A DNA stretch of 64,000 nucleotides from Eledone cirrhosa (taxonomy: Eukaryota): assembly GCA_964016885.1 (NCBI GenBank), contig OZ024751.1, forward strand, positions 37,324,001-37,388,000. Reading direction: 5' to 3'. A program made the position numbers and the translations under genes. The notes beneath the pieces are model-generated. The model did no database searches, was not told where the DNA came from, and worked only from the letters and a program-made list of their open reading frames with translations. Numbering within the stretch: position 1 is the stretch's first letter; every line of letters starts with the position of its first letter. Positions 29,481 through 41,479 of the stretch are shown here, piece after piece.

Positions 29481-29553
<73 letters not shown>

Positions 29554-30142
29554 ATATATATATATAGGTTCGCTGGAAGGCACTGTACTCATGCCCTATG
29601 TGATTTGGTAGGTCGTCGGATTTGGAGAGGTCAATTTGTCCACGAATGTGATTTTCGAAATCCTCAAGCATTTAAATAAATTATTCATAGCAACTTCAGT
29701 TCTTCTCTGTCCTAAAGTGTTGATAGTTTTATCAACATTTCAACAGCGAACATTAAATTGAAACACGTTACACTCACAAAACTCCAAAAGTAATACACAA
29801 CCCTAGAAATTGCTAGTAACACCATATATTTATGAGCATTGCAACATTTCATTATTTGTTACACGGCTAATACATGATGTTTACATCATTTACTCTGAAG
29901 ACTAAATATATATCATTATAAACAGAAGAAATAAATGAAGACCAAAGATTGACTATCTTCCAGCTGGTTTTCCTCACTGGGGATCTCTCGCCTCGTCAGC
30001 GGTTTAAATATAATGTATTGCTTGCGCACATACGTACAGACATACACGCACACACGCACACCCACACCCATATATATATATTCCTACATGCAATCTCTCA
30101 CATATACTTACACGTGTATTAAATTACGTGTACACATACAAG

Positions 30143-30175
<33 letters not shown>

Positions 30176-30847
30176 ATTTGAAGTCATTTCAAATGCATGT
30201 ATATATATTTACTAGCATATCACAGGAGAAGCTCTCTCTGTGTGTTTGCATATATAGGAAGCTTGTATCAAATGCATGGCTGTATACTACGTATATTTAT
30301 ATACATAAATAGATTTTGCAGTAGATAAAATATAATAAAAGATATATGTTTAAGTACATGAAACAACAGCTAATAAATAGCTTACGATTCAGTAAACTTC
30401 AGATACGAACGCTATTGAGGTCGGTCATAGTGAAGCCATCAGTTAAAGCATAACGTTTTATCGTGTGCTATCATTTGATTTGAATAATCACCATAAATGA
30501 GATCGTTAGGTCTTGGGTGGAATCTATACTTTGGCGACCAATGAATGCATGCTAACTAACCAGACAAACCTAACAAATTGCACTCCATACTTGCCGGCCT
30601 TTCAAACACGACGTTGATTTCTCCAGTCCGATCATATAATTGCTTCCTAGACCATTAAAGAACACAGCTCTCGTAAGCAACCTTATAAACTGATGATGTA
30701 TATCAGTATATATTATATCGTTTAAGGTTTGTGTGTGATTGAAAGGAATGGAATGAATAGATGAGATTCACAAATAAATATATCCCTCTACTGTAAGCAT
30801 GCAGGCAATGCATAAACATTATATATATATTCACACAGACATATATT

Positions 30848-30891
<44 letters not shown>

Positions 30892-31587
30892 TATATATAT
30901 ATATATATATGGAGAAGAAGAGACATATACATGTACACATACACACACAGTCTCACATGCACATGTATACGCAAACATATATATATATATACCTCCACAC
31001 ACACACGCAATTATATATGTGTATGTGTGATTGTGTGTGTATGTAATTTCATCTAAAATTGATACACAATATATATTCAATAGCCATGTTTCTCCATGTA
31101 GACCCATGATCAAAGACATTCCAGTCGTAACTATTTCGTATATTTGTATATCAGGAACTTATTATGTAAAGTAACCTTCTTTGTTTTAACTATGGTTGAG
31201 TGTTAACTAATGGATGCTTCGCTGCTCTTTCTTGCAGCTTCAGCAACCAAGAAGAAATCTTTATACTTATTCAACTGATATATATATTTTTGTATTACGG
31301 TGAGTGATGTAATGTAGCGTGTCAGCTCTTAGTGAAGATTTAATAACTCCCACAGAAGTAGGTGCTGCTATCTGTCTGCATTTCTATAACTAGTCGCTGT
31401 TTCTCTTTAACTAACCTCCATATACCCAATCACGAATCTCTAAATATAAAGATATGAGATAATATCACACGGACGATTCTGATCAATAACATCTGTTTAA
31501 TCTCGTAACCTCGACACAAACATTTGACCTGCTAGATACAGAAGCTAAACCACTCTTAAATCACTTTCTACAGTCATAAAAAAAGTA

Positions 31588-31921
31588 ATTGTTTCTATTT
31601 TAGGCACAAGGCCAGCAATTAACGAGTACATTACTGGTACTTTATTTTATCGACCCCGTAAGGATGAAAGGCAAAGTTAACCTCGGCGGGATTTGAACTC
31701 AGATCGTAAAGGGACGTAACTAGGCTGGAAAGCATGTCCGACCCTCTACCGATACTGCCAATTCACCAAAAAAAGTAATGTTGGCTAATACTGGTTAATC
31801 TCGTAGCTTCTTACACAACAGGCTGGATTTATCTCGACGCCTCCAGTTTCTCGATGGCCTTTCATCCTTACGGGGTCGATAAAATAAAGTACCAGTAATG
31901 CACTGGGTATTTGCTGGCCTG
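31588..31921. mobile_element. SINE family A copy (minus, 31588-31768) plus an inverted partial copy (plus, 31856-31921)
   Basis: Family A body in both orientations, ~90 bp apart. Confidence 0.8.
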
Positions 31922-31974
31922 TTACTATTTCTGAATGACACGGCTAATTTCAAAATTAACTTAAATATGTTTAA

Positions 31975-32046
31975 TAGTGCGGCCCGCCTTATAATGAAAC
32001 ACATACTATGCGGCCCACTGCTCCAAAAAAAGTTTATCCACGCCTG
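31975..32046 (+). mobile_element. Possible hAT-type terminal fragment
   Basis: TGCGGCCC twice, followed by AAAAAAGTTTATCCACGCCTG, resembling Charlie-type termini. No partner end was found. Confidence 0.35.
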
Positions 32047-32625
32047 ATCTTGTGGGTCAAGTGGTTGTGGCTGGATTTATCTCGACGCCTCCAGTTTCTT
32101 CAATATAGAAAATAATATTGGATAATACAACAGCATCTCTCATCATAGGTGGATCACGGTCAAGGAAGTAAAAGTTCTAAACATCGGCGTCAATAACCAC
32201 CAAAATATATAGAGAATATGGCTATCTTTCGATTTAGCACGAACAGTTTTTTCATTACTGTTCAGTCAGGGAGAAAAGCCAAATGCATATTAAACCTTCT
32301 AGGGTTAAAGATGTTAAGGTTTGCAGAAGAACGTGACTTTCGTAGGGAAATTCTGCTTTGAATACACTCTTATAAGATCTTTCCAAAGTCAGAGGGTGGT
32401 ATTAAAAAGTGTTATGAATTATTTCTACCAGGAAAGGTTCAATATGACATTATAGATGTCAGTAACAAGGGAATCTGAGGGAAGTAGCTTGCTTACTGGT
32501 TCTTTATTTTATTGAATCCAGAAAAATGAAAGGCAAATTGACCACATTTGGAGTGTAAAGTGCCAAATATAAATGCCACAACTCTCTGATAATTTTGCCA
32601 ATCTACGATATTTCCTCTACATTTA

Positions 32626-32805
32626 ATAATTGTTTCTACTTTTGGCACAAGGCCAGCAAATACCCAGTGCATTACTGGTACTTTATTTTATCGACCCCGT
32701 AAGGATGAAAGGCAAAGTTAACCTTGGCGGGATTTGAACTCAGAATAGAAAGGGCCGTAACTATACGTCAAAGCATGGCGTCCGACCCTCTACCGATACT
32801 GCCAA
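32626..32805 (-). mobile_element. SINE family A copy
   Basis: Near-complete reverse complement of the 16130-16320 copy. Confidence 0.85.
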
Positions 32806-33364
32806 TAATGTGAAGTTGTTTGAATCAAAAGCTGACTTTATACTATGCCTCGCTGCTCAAGTTAAACTATTTTTCTTGCTGCCTGAAGGCTGTATATTTC
32901 AATAAAGATTTTTAACAGCATGACGTGATAGGCAATGTATTTCTGAAGGGCATTAGTAATGAGAATGAACTAACATGGCAAAAATTGAAGTGAAATGTTA
33001 TTCTATATGTAGTAAAATGAAACGTGATGGATGGAGGACATAGTGTCATGTATTCAACTCACACCAGCTGTTATCGTCTTGCTTATCAGCATTCGCCAAA
33101 TAAGATAGATAAAATATTGATTTATTTTCAATAGGCAAAATGATGTAGTATTTTATAGACGGGAAATGAAAAGTTGTGATAACAACCATGCTTTGCTGCT
33201 AAATGGCGTGAAATGAATACGCGAATTAATTTTGCTTCAATCTGCAACTGTAAGTTTATCATGGAATGTTGTCAGTAACATTAATACATTATTGATATTA
33301 ATTGAAACCAACCAATCACTGACATAATGTATTTCATACGTAATTTTATACATGTGTCCACCAA

Positions 33365-33406
<42 letters not shown>

Positions 33407-33473
33407 GTTTACATATATATTTTATCTGGCGATTCTATAGACATGTTTTATGATATATATATATATATATATA

Positions 33474-33642
33474 CAGTGACATTCCGTTATAACTCACGGG
33501 GTATAGAAAAACGTTCGTTGTAACGAAAAATTCTTTATAACGAGATCGACTTAACACATCGAGCGTGTCACCGGGATTGAAAACAAATTCCTTATACTGA
33601 AAAATTCGTTTAATGGTATTCGTTATGACGGAATTTTAGCTT
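33474..33642. mobile_element. Tc1/mariner (pogo/Tigger-like) MITE
   Basis: Imperfect TIRs TA|CAGTGACATTCCGTTATAAC ... GTTATGACGGAATTTTAGCTT|TA in a TA context, with internal CGTTATAAC-like subrepeats. Confidence 0.6.
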
Positions 33643-34169
33643 TATATATAATTATTATTCAGGCTACATAGTGAATTGAAGCCTTTTACTTGATCTCCGG
33701 TAGAAATATAGTCCGGTGCTCTACTGCTTTTCACAAGACAAAAATATGTCAAATTCGACTGATATTATTGTTGAAAAAGTGCGTTAACCTCATTTGGGTT
33801 GAAATAGCAAGGTTTAGCCATAGCTGATTTATTCATCCGGAATGTGTGGCAGTAGTATCAGTAATTCTTGTTGCAGTCAAATTCTCAGCAATTATCCGGT
33901 AAATGACCCACAAATATTCAATTTACAAAGGAGCTTATAATTTGAAATGTTTCCTATTCTAGTTAAAACATCCTGTTTGCGGTTAAACTGATAGAAATAA
34001 ACTGGAATCCGATAAGAAAGAAACAAAAAAAAATTGAGATATTAGACAAAACATGTGTTGCACTAATGATGAATCATGTGATGTTTCACATACAGGGATT
34101 TATTCATTAGGCTCAGTTCAATAAAAACCTCACTGGAAAATCTCGGTTTGTTTTTCTTATATACACTCT

Positions 34170-34290
34170 GCTAGAAGGCGCATGGCTTGCAATCGAAAGG
34201 TTGTGAGTTCAATTCTCGGGTGATGTGTTGTTTCCTTGAGCAAGACACTTTAGTTCACGTTGCTCCAGTTTACTCAGTTGTAGAAATGAG
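34170..34290 (+). mobile_element. tRNA-derived SINE with a CORE-like body
   Basis: GAGTTCAATTCTC B box, then TCCTTGAGCAAGACACTT. Related minus-strand copies lie at ~34480-34615, 37840-38308 (interrupted) and 51455-51565. Confidence 0.6.
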
Positions 34291-35266
34291 ATGATAGGAC
34301 TGGGGTCCCTATCATTAAATCACCCAAAACATCAACGATATATACCTTGGAGGAGGCCAGCTAAACCTGAATGGGTGTGAGCTGTAACAGCAACAACAAC
34401 AACTCTGCTAGAGCATGCTAATATTCGTACTTCCTCAGTTAACATCAAACATACTGAGGCACCTAATCTATCTCACTCTATTACTGGTACTCATGTTAAG
34501 CTGAGTATATTTGATCAAAGTGATATGAAGAGTTTTGCTCAAGAACCAAACACACAACCCAATCCAGAAATCGAACGAACGTCATTATGATCTTTAAGTC
34601 CAACACATTTACCAATAGACAACACATTAGGCCAAGCGTGAAGGAATAGTCCTCGCAAAGTTGCCGTCGACCAAATTTTCATTCACCAGCCGAAGTTATA
34701 TTACTACACATTGCTCAAATTTCCATATAGTGCGACAGAAACTGCTGCCACGTGGGTAGTTGCTGTGAAGTGAACCCCTTAAAGACATCACCATACACCC
34801 GAAAGAGCTAAAAAGCATGCTGAAAAACCATCAAACATTACAAAGGAAGTACAAAGATTATATAATTCCTAATTCCAACAAGATTACATAACCTATACTT
34901 TCTATTATATAAATACCAGCCTGAAGCAAATACAGCGTGGAAGCACTTAATTCTATACAACTCAACCTGTGAATCTGTTCTATTTACTGAGGAAAATATT
35001 CAAATATCAAATATATGCATAACTACAAATATTGGTGTACAGACGATAGACGCAGACAGGAGCGTGTACACATACAGACAGACAAAAGGTACTTGTATGT
35101 AGACATATATGTGTGAGTGGATGAATGCATGCACATGTATGCATATATTACTACACACACACACATATATATATATATATAAACAGATACACACATACAA
35201 ACACACACACACATATATACATAGAGAGAGATAGATACACACACACACTTATATATATAGAGAGAT

Positions 35267-35299
<33 letters not shown>

Positions 35300-35624
35300 A
35301 ACAGATACACACATACAAACACACACACACACATATATATATATAAACAGATACACACATACAAACACACACACATATATATATAGAGAGAGAGACACAT
35401 ACACACACACATATATATAGAGAGATACATACACACACACACACATCATATATATATATATATATATATATTAATGGGTGGTGTGCATTACATAGCCATG
35501 CAAAGCACTTGACTCTACGAGAAATATAGTTTGTTCTTAATACATTTTACATCTATTTTTACTTTATTTCAGTATTGAAAAATTCTACTAGAATTCTTTC
35601 TAAATAGATCTTCACACAGACATT

Positions 35625-35675
<51 letters not shown>

Positions 35676-35820
35676 GGTGTGACACACGAGTTGTGATATA
35701 TTAGTCAAACGGAAAAGAAAATATAGACATATATGTGCATATCAAAAATTTATACTTTGCTAAGTATTGAGTACATTATTTACTCTGATTACCTCCGGTT
35801 GAACCCGGGATACACACACA

Positions 35821-35911
<91 letters not shown>

Positions 35912-37088
35912 AGGGCATTATAACAATTACATATATGTATTCTCTGATGACGAGATGGTACCTGCATGCCCCCAAACGTGGGACAATATTTGGCCACCCG
36001 AACGATATTTACTTTGCTATATCATATATACCGCTTCCATATCTTTACGGCAGTTTACATATTGGAATAAGAGCTGCCATACTTGATTTCTGTCTATTAT
36101 CCTCTCTAATATTATACGATATGTATCTGTAATATATTGAATTATGTAATCAAAGTAACAACTCACCGCAATCTTATTAGTGGCCTTGTGCAAAAACTTG
36201 AAAAGCAATAAGCTTGTTATCTTGAAAAGCCTTCATATGAATGTTATACAAGAATAATGCTCAGGTTTTTGAATGAGAACGCTCTATACACAACCCACAC
36301 AAGTATAGAGACACGTTATATATATATATATATATATATATATGAATGTATATATCTCTGTGTGTATATATATGTGTGTCTGCATGTGCGTATGTCGTGC
36401 GTGTTTAGACGTGAATGCATGTGTGCATCTATTTCTTAAAGATATTTCCCAATAAGAGGATTAAATCAAAATATTCCGAAACAATATTCATTGCGTTTGC
36501 ATTTAATGATCAAATTCTATGTATTTATCTGAATTAGAAACACTTTATATATATATATATATGTATATATTTTTATTATTATTGAATCTAGTGTTTGCTG
36601 TGTTTTTATATAATTTTCAAACTATGTTTTCTATTCTCCAGTTAAAGAAGGATTTTTTAAATAAAATTTCCGTATTCCATGGAATATTCTACTGATTATT
36701 AATTAGGATAAAAATATTAATTAAACATAATCTGTTTCAGATTGTAAAAATAATAATTACAGAGATTCTAGTTTATCATTCTTATTACAATGGCAGATGT
36801 TAATAAAGATGCAAGGAGATTTTTATAATCCTATTCACGATCTATTTTACATTCATTCTCCTCAGTTCTGGATCGATGGTAATGAAAATTGTGCTTCAAA
36901 GAATGAAGTTTGAAGCTATTTCAAGTAGAGTACTGTCTTAACATTCAATCACAGTTTTCTCGCTTTTATTGATTTAATGGTGTTGACATAATGTAAATTT
37001 GACCAAACCATCTTCCTAGCATATTTTTCTCTTTCCTTTATTTGATGTTCGGCGTAGATACAATAATTACCATCTCGTACTGATAACC

Positions 37089-37123
<35 letters not shown>

Positions 37124-37906
37124 AGCGTGTGTGTGTGAGTGTGTGTGTGTATATATATATTTATATATATATATATATGTGTGTGTGTGAGTGTATATAT
37201 ATATATATATTTAGGGAGAGAGAGTGAGTGAGTTTTTCTAGATGTCTGTGTTTAATTAATGAAGCACTATATGTTGTTATACCTGCTGTGACAAATGCAA
37301 TTAAGTTCGCGCGCGCGCGCGTGCGTGTGCGTGTGTGTGTGTGTATACACACAAAGTTGTGTACGCGTGATTATGAGTTGATGTAAGTGCGTCTATGATT
37401 GTGTGTGTGTATGCCTATGTTATTTTTGAGTGCGTGTTGACGCGATGTACTTCATACGAATGCATTCCTTCTCTCAATTAGCTAAATATGGCTTCAAACC
37501 GCAGAGAAAAGTGTTAAGCTAGGAAATTAATGAATGTATTAAGGACATCAGAAATAACCACGATATTTTGTTAGAGAAATACTAAGAAAACACTGCTATA
37601 CTACAACACAGAATACTACAGTTTGGACACGTCATGAATCTATTAACCTATTGAAGTAGCACTCACCATGAGTATAAGACAAGTGATGTATGACCAAAAT
37701 ATCAGCTGCCGACATAGGAAGACGTGTGAGTGAGGTCGTCAAGACCGGAAGCTCATCAGACCGGTGCTTATCCAGGTTTCCTTGACGTGGAGTGACTGAG
37801 AATTCCAAGCTCTTCCCATGGAAAGGACGCCAGTTCATTATAGGTACTCAGCTAATATACTAGAGCAATATGAAATGAAGTCTTTTGCTCAAAACACAAC
37901 TCACAC

Positions 37907-38230
37907 TGCTGCACGTCGGTCTGTGGAGGTCAAACTCACCAAGTTCCGGTTGATCTCCGACAGGTTCGCGATCATGCCCTTTGCAGTGGAGACTTCTGGT
38001 GTCCTTGGCCCAAGGGCTACCACCCTATTCACCACCATAGGCGCTGAGCTAGCCAACCGCAGGTGTGAGCCTCGCGAGTTGGAGTGGCTTTCCCAGCGCG
38101 TCTCCCTTGCCGTCCTCCGGGGAAACGCCTTCTCCATTCTGTCCGCCGAGGCTGTGGGGAGTACAGCACGTGGGACCCCATTTGCTCACCATACAGATTA
38201 ATAGGCAAAGTTATAAACTAATGTAATAAA
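37907..38230 (+). mobile_element. 5'-truncated CRE-clade-like non-LTR retrotransposon (C-terminus of the restriction-like endonuclease) nested in a SINE
   Basis: A GC-rich island encoding FAIMPFAVETSGVLGPRATTLF...WLSQRVSLAVLRGNAFSILS, then a stop, a short UTR and AATAAA. SINE sequence continues on both sides. Confidence 0.7.
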
Positions 38231-38309
38231 CATACCCATTCTTAGGAATCGTACATACGAAGTTATGATCGTCGGTGCAACATTTTAACCACTAGACCAC
38301 GTGCCTTCA

Positions 38310-38356
<47 letters not shown>

Positions 38357-38442
38357 AATTAGTATGCAAGGGGATGCAGAACAATTATATGAAAGACGTA
38401 AAATAAGAAAATTATAAAAATTAACTTACTTACTAAAATTTC

Positions 38443-38525
38443 ACTCCAACTAATTAGTTTCTGAAAGGGAATAAACATGGTTTCCAAATGTAAAACATGG
38501 AGAAGCCGTTTCGTCATCAGGAAGT
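38443..38525 (-). ncRNA. Type I hammerhead ribozyme in a PLE 3'-end remnant (~38354-38810)
   Basis: Minus strand: ACTTC-CTGATGA-[52 nt stem II, GAAA/TTTC]-GAAA-C-TAATTA-G-TT-GGAGT. Stem III is palindromic (AACTAATTAGTT) and the cleavage triplet is GUU. Confidence 0.65.
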
Positions 38526-38842
38526 CTGTTCTCAGCTAAGTTACCAGGCGATGCGTGGACACAGGGAACTTATACAAAAATAATTCAGTGGATGGAAAAA
38601 AGCAAGCGTGGACTAAATTCCAAGACATTGAAAAAAAAAAAAAAAAAAAATCACTGCCTACTTGGTCGGTGGCAAATTCAAAAGAATCAATCACGTGACA
38701 TCGAGGTTAATCAGTGAGGAGTGGGGTGTTAAAAAGACAGTAGCCGAGCCATTACTATCAACTATAGCAGTTTTGGCAAATTTTTGCTCAACAAAATAAT
38801 TTGGAGATAATTATATATATATATATATATAAATACATATAT

Positions 38843-38873
<31 letters not shown>

Positions 38874-38880
38874 AATACAT

Positions 38881-38933
<53 letters not shown>

Positions 38934-39290
38934 TATAAATACATATATATATATAAATATATAAATACATATATATAAATACATATATAAATATATAAAT
39001 ACATATATATATAAAAATATATATATATATATATAAATACATATATAAATATATAAATACATATATATATATATAAATACATATATAAATATATAAATAC
39101 ATATATATATATAAATATATATATATAAATATATAAATACATATATATAAATATATAAATACATATATATAAATATATAAATACATATATATAAATATAT
39201 AAATACATATATATAAATATATAAATACATATATATAAATATATAAATACATATATATAAATATATAAATATATATTTATATATATATAT

Positions 39291-39321
<31 letters not shown>

Positions 39322-39335
39322 AATATATATATATA

Positions 39336-40252
39336 GAAGAAAACAACATGCAGTTTAATGCTGGCAAATTCCAAGCCCTACAATACAAACCTGCAAACAC
39401 AAACACAAATATAGCGGAACACAGCTACACAGGACCAGGAGGGACCGATATCCCCGTGTCAAAATCGATACGAGACCTGGGCATAGACATGAGCGATGAT
39501 GCATCTTTTTCTTCACACATCATGAAGGTGGCGACAGCATGTAGACGATTCGCTGGCTGGATCTTGAGGACTTTCCTTACAAGAGATCGAGACACCATGT
39601 TGACACTGTGGAGGACTTTTGTCCTAAGCCGCCTGGACTACTGCACCCAGCTGCGGTCACCCCATAGTGTCAAACTGACCACAGAGCTTGAGGCAATCCA
39701 GCGAAGCTACACCAAGAGGATTGCCAAGATGAGGGAGACAAGCTACTGGGAGAGGCTGAAGGAACTGAACCTCTACTCCTTGGAGCGAAGACGGGAGAGA
39801 TACGCAGTGATCTACATGTGGAAAATCCTGGAGGGACTAGCACCAAACTTTGGCATTGGGAGCTGGACCAACCGTCGAACAGGACATCACTGTCTGGTGC
39901 CAAAGGTCCCGTCTTCCACATCTAGAATAAGGAGCAGGTATTGCAATAGCCTGGGATTCAAGGGCCCTGAACTCTTCAACAGTTCAACAGGCTGCCGAGG
40001 CATCTGAGAGACTTGCATGACGTGGAGGTGGATGTCTTTAAGAAACATCTCGACACCTTGTTATCCAGGATCCCGGATGAGCCCACAGCAAGACACGAGG
40101 GAAACCTAAGGGCAGCAGCAACAAACTCCCTCCTACACCAGTGGCCAACCTATACAGGCTGGAGATAAAATGTGTAGCAACAAGGGCGGTGCCCCAGCAT
40201 GGCCTCAGCCGGATGGCTGAAACAGGTAAAAGAGTAAAAGAGTAAAAGAGTA
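39336..40252 (+). mobile_element. 5'-truncated CR1/L2-group LINE (RT thumb/C-terminal region and 3' UTR)
   Basis: ORF 39348-40007 has MQFNAGK, RDLGI, SRLDYC and YWERLKELNLYSLERRRER. An 8-bp duplication TTCAACAG (39975-39990) frameshifts the end. The 3' hairpin TCAGCC-GGAT-GGCTGA is followed by a (GTAAAAGA)3 tail. Confidence 0.9.
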
Positions 40253-40409
40253 TATAAATATATATATAAATATATATATATATAAATATATATATATATA
40301 AATATAAATATATATAAATATAAATATATAAATATATATAAATATATATATATAAATATATATACATATATAAATATATATAAATATATATATAAATATA
40401 TATATAAAT

Positions 40410-40440
<31 letters not shown>

Positions 40441-40441
40441 A

Positions 40442-40472
<31 letters not shown>

Positions 40473-40645
40473 AATATATATATAAATATATATATAAATA
40501 TATATATATATAAATATATATATAAATATATATATAAATATATATATAAATATATATATATAAATATATATATAAATATATATATAAATATATATATAAA
40601 TATATATATAAATATATATATATATATAAATATATATAAATATAT

Positions 40646-40678
<33 letters not shown>

Positions 40679-41174
40679 AATATATATATATATAAATATA
40701 TATATATAAATGTATATATATAAATGTATATATATATATATATATAAATGTATATATATATATATATATAAATGTATATATATATATAAATATTTATATA
40801 TATATAAATATTTATATATATATAAATATTTATATATAAATATATATATATAAATGTATATATATATATATAAATGTATATATATATGTATAAATATATA
40901 TATATATATATAGTTTTGCGAGGTTTTTTATATGAAATCGTGTGTCGAAACAGATATTGTTATATTTGGGGAGGGTCATATTTGCGTAATATTGCCAGAA
41001 TTAATAACAGAACACACTCACTGTTTGGTTGGTTTTCGCTTCTCGCTGTCTTTTATATATATATATCTGCGATCTAGCTTACTCGGTCCTCAATGTTGCC
41101 ATTGACTGACCGGCGGTCAAAAATAATACAGATACAATATAGACAAACACATATATATATAGTTTACATAAATC

Positions 41175-41202
41175 TTTCGTTGCACATCTGCAACATCGTC
41201 AG
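41175..41202 (-). ncRNA. Hammerhead-like core in the PLE 3' UTR (second copy 44380-44407, +)
   Basis: CTGACGA-T-GTTGCA-GATG-TGCAAC-GAAA. Stems I and III could not be closed convincingly by eye. Confidence 0.5.
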
Positions 41203-41479
41203 TGGTGTTATATTCATTGTTCCTCCTGTTGTGTTGTATGTCTACGCCATTTTTTTTGTTCAGTCTGTCTATATATTTATTTATTTATTTGCTTGTTTGT
41301 TTATCTTATTTTATTTTGTCTTCTTTGCGCATGCGTTTGCGTGTGTGTATAGTGTTATGTGTGATGTGTGATGTGTGACTAGTGTGTATAGTGTTGTCTG
41401 CTGGGTGACTAGTGTGTGTTTATGTGCTTGTGTATGTATTTATTTATCTTATTTTATTTAATTTAATTTACTTATTTAT

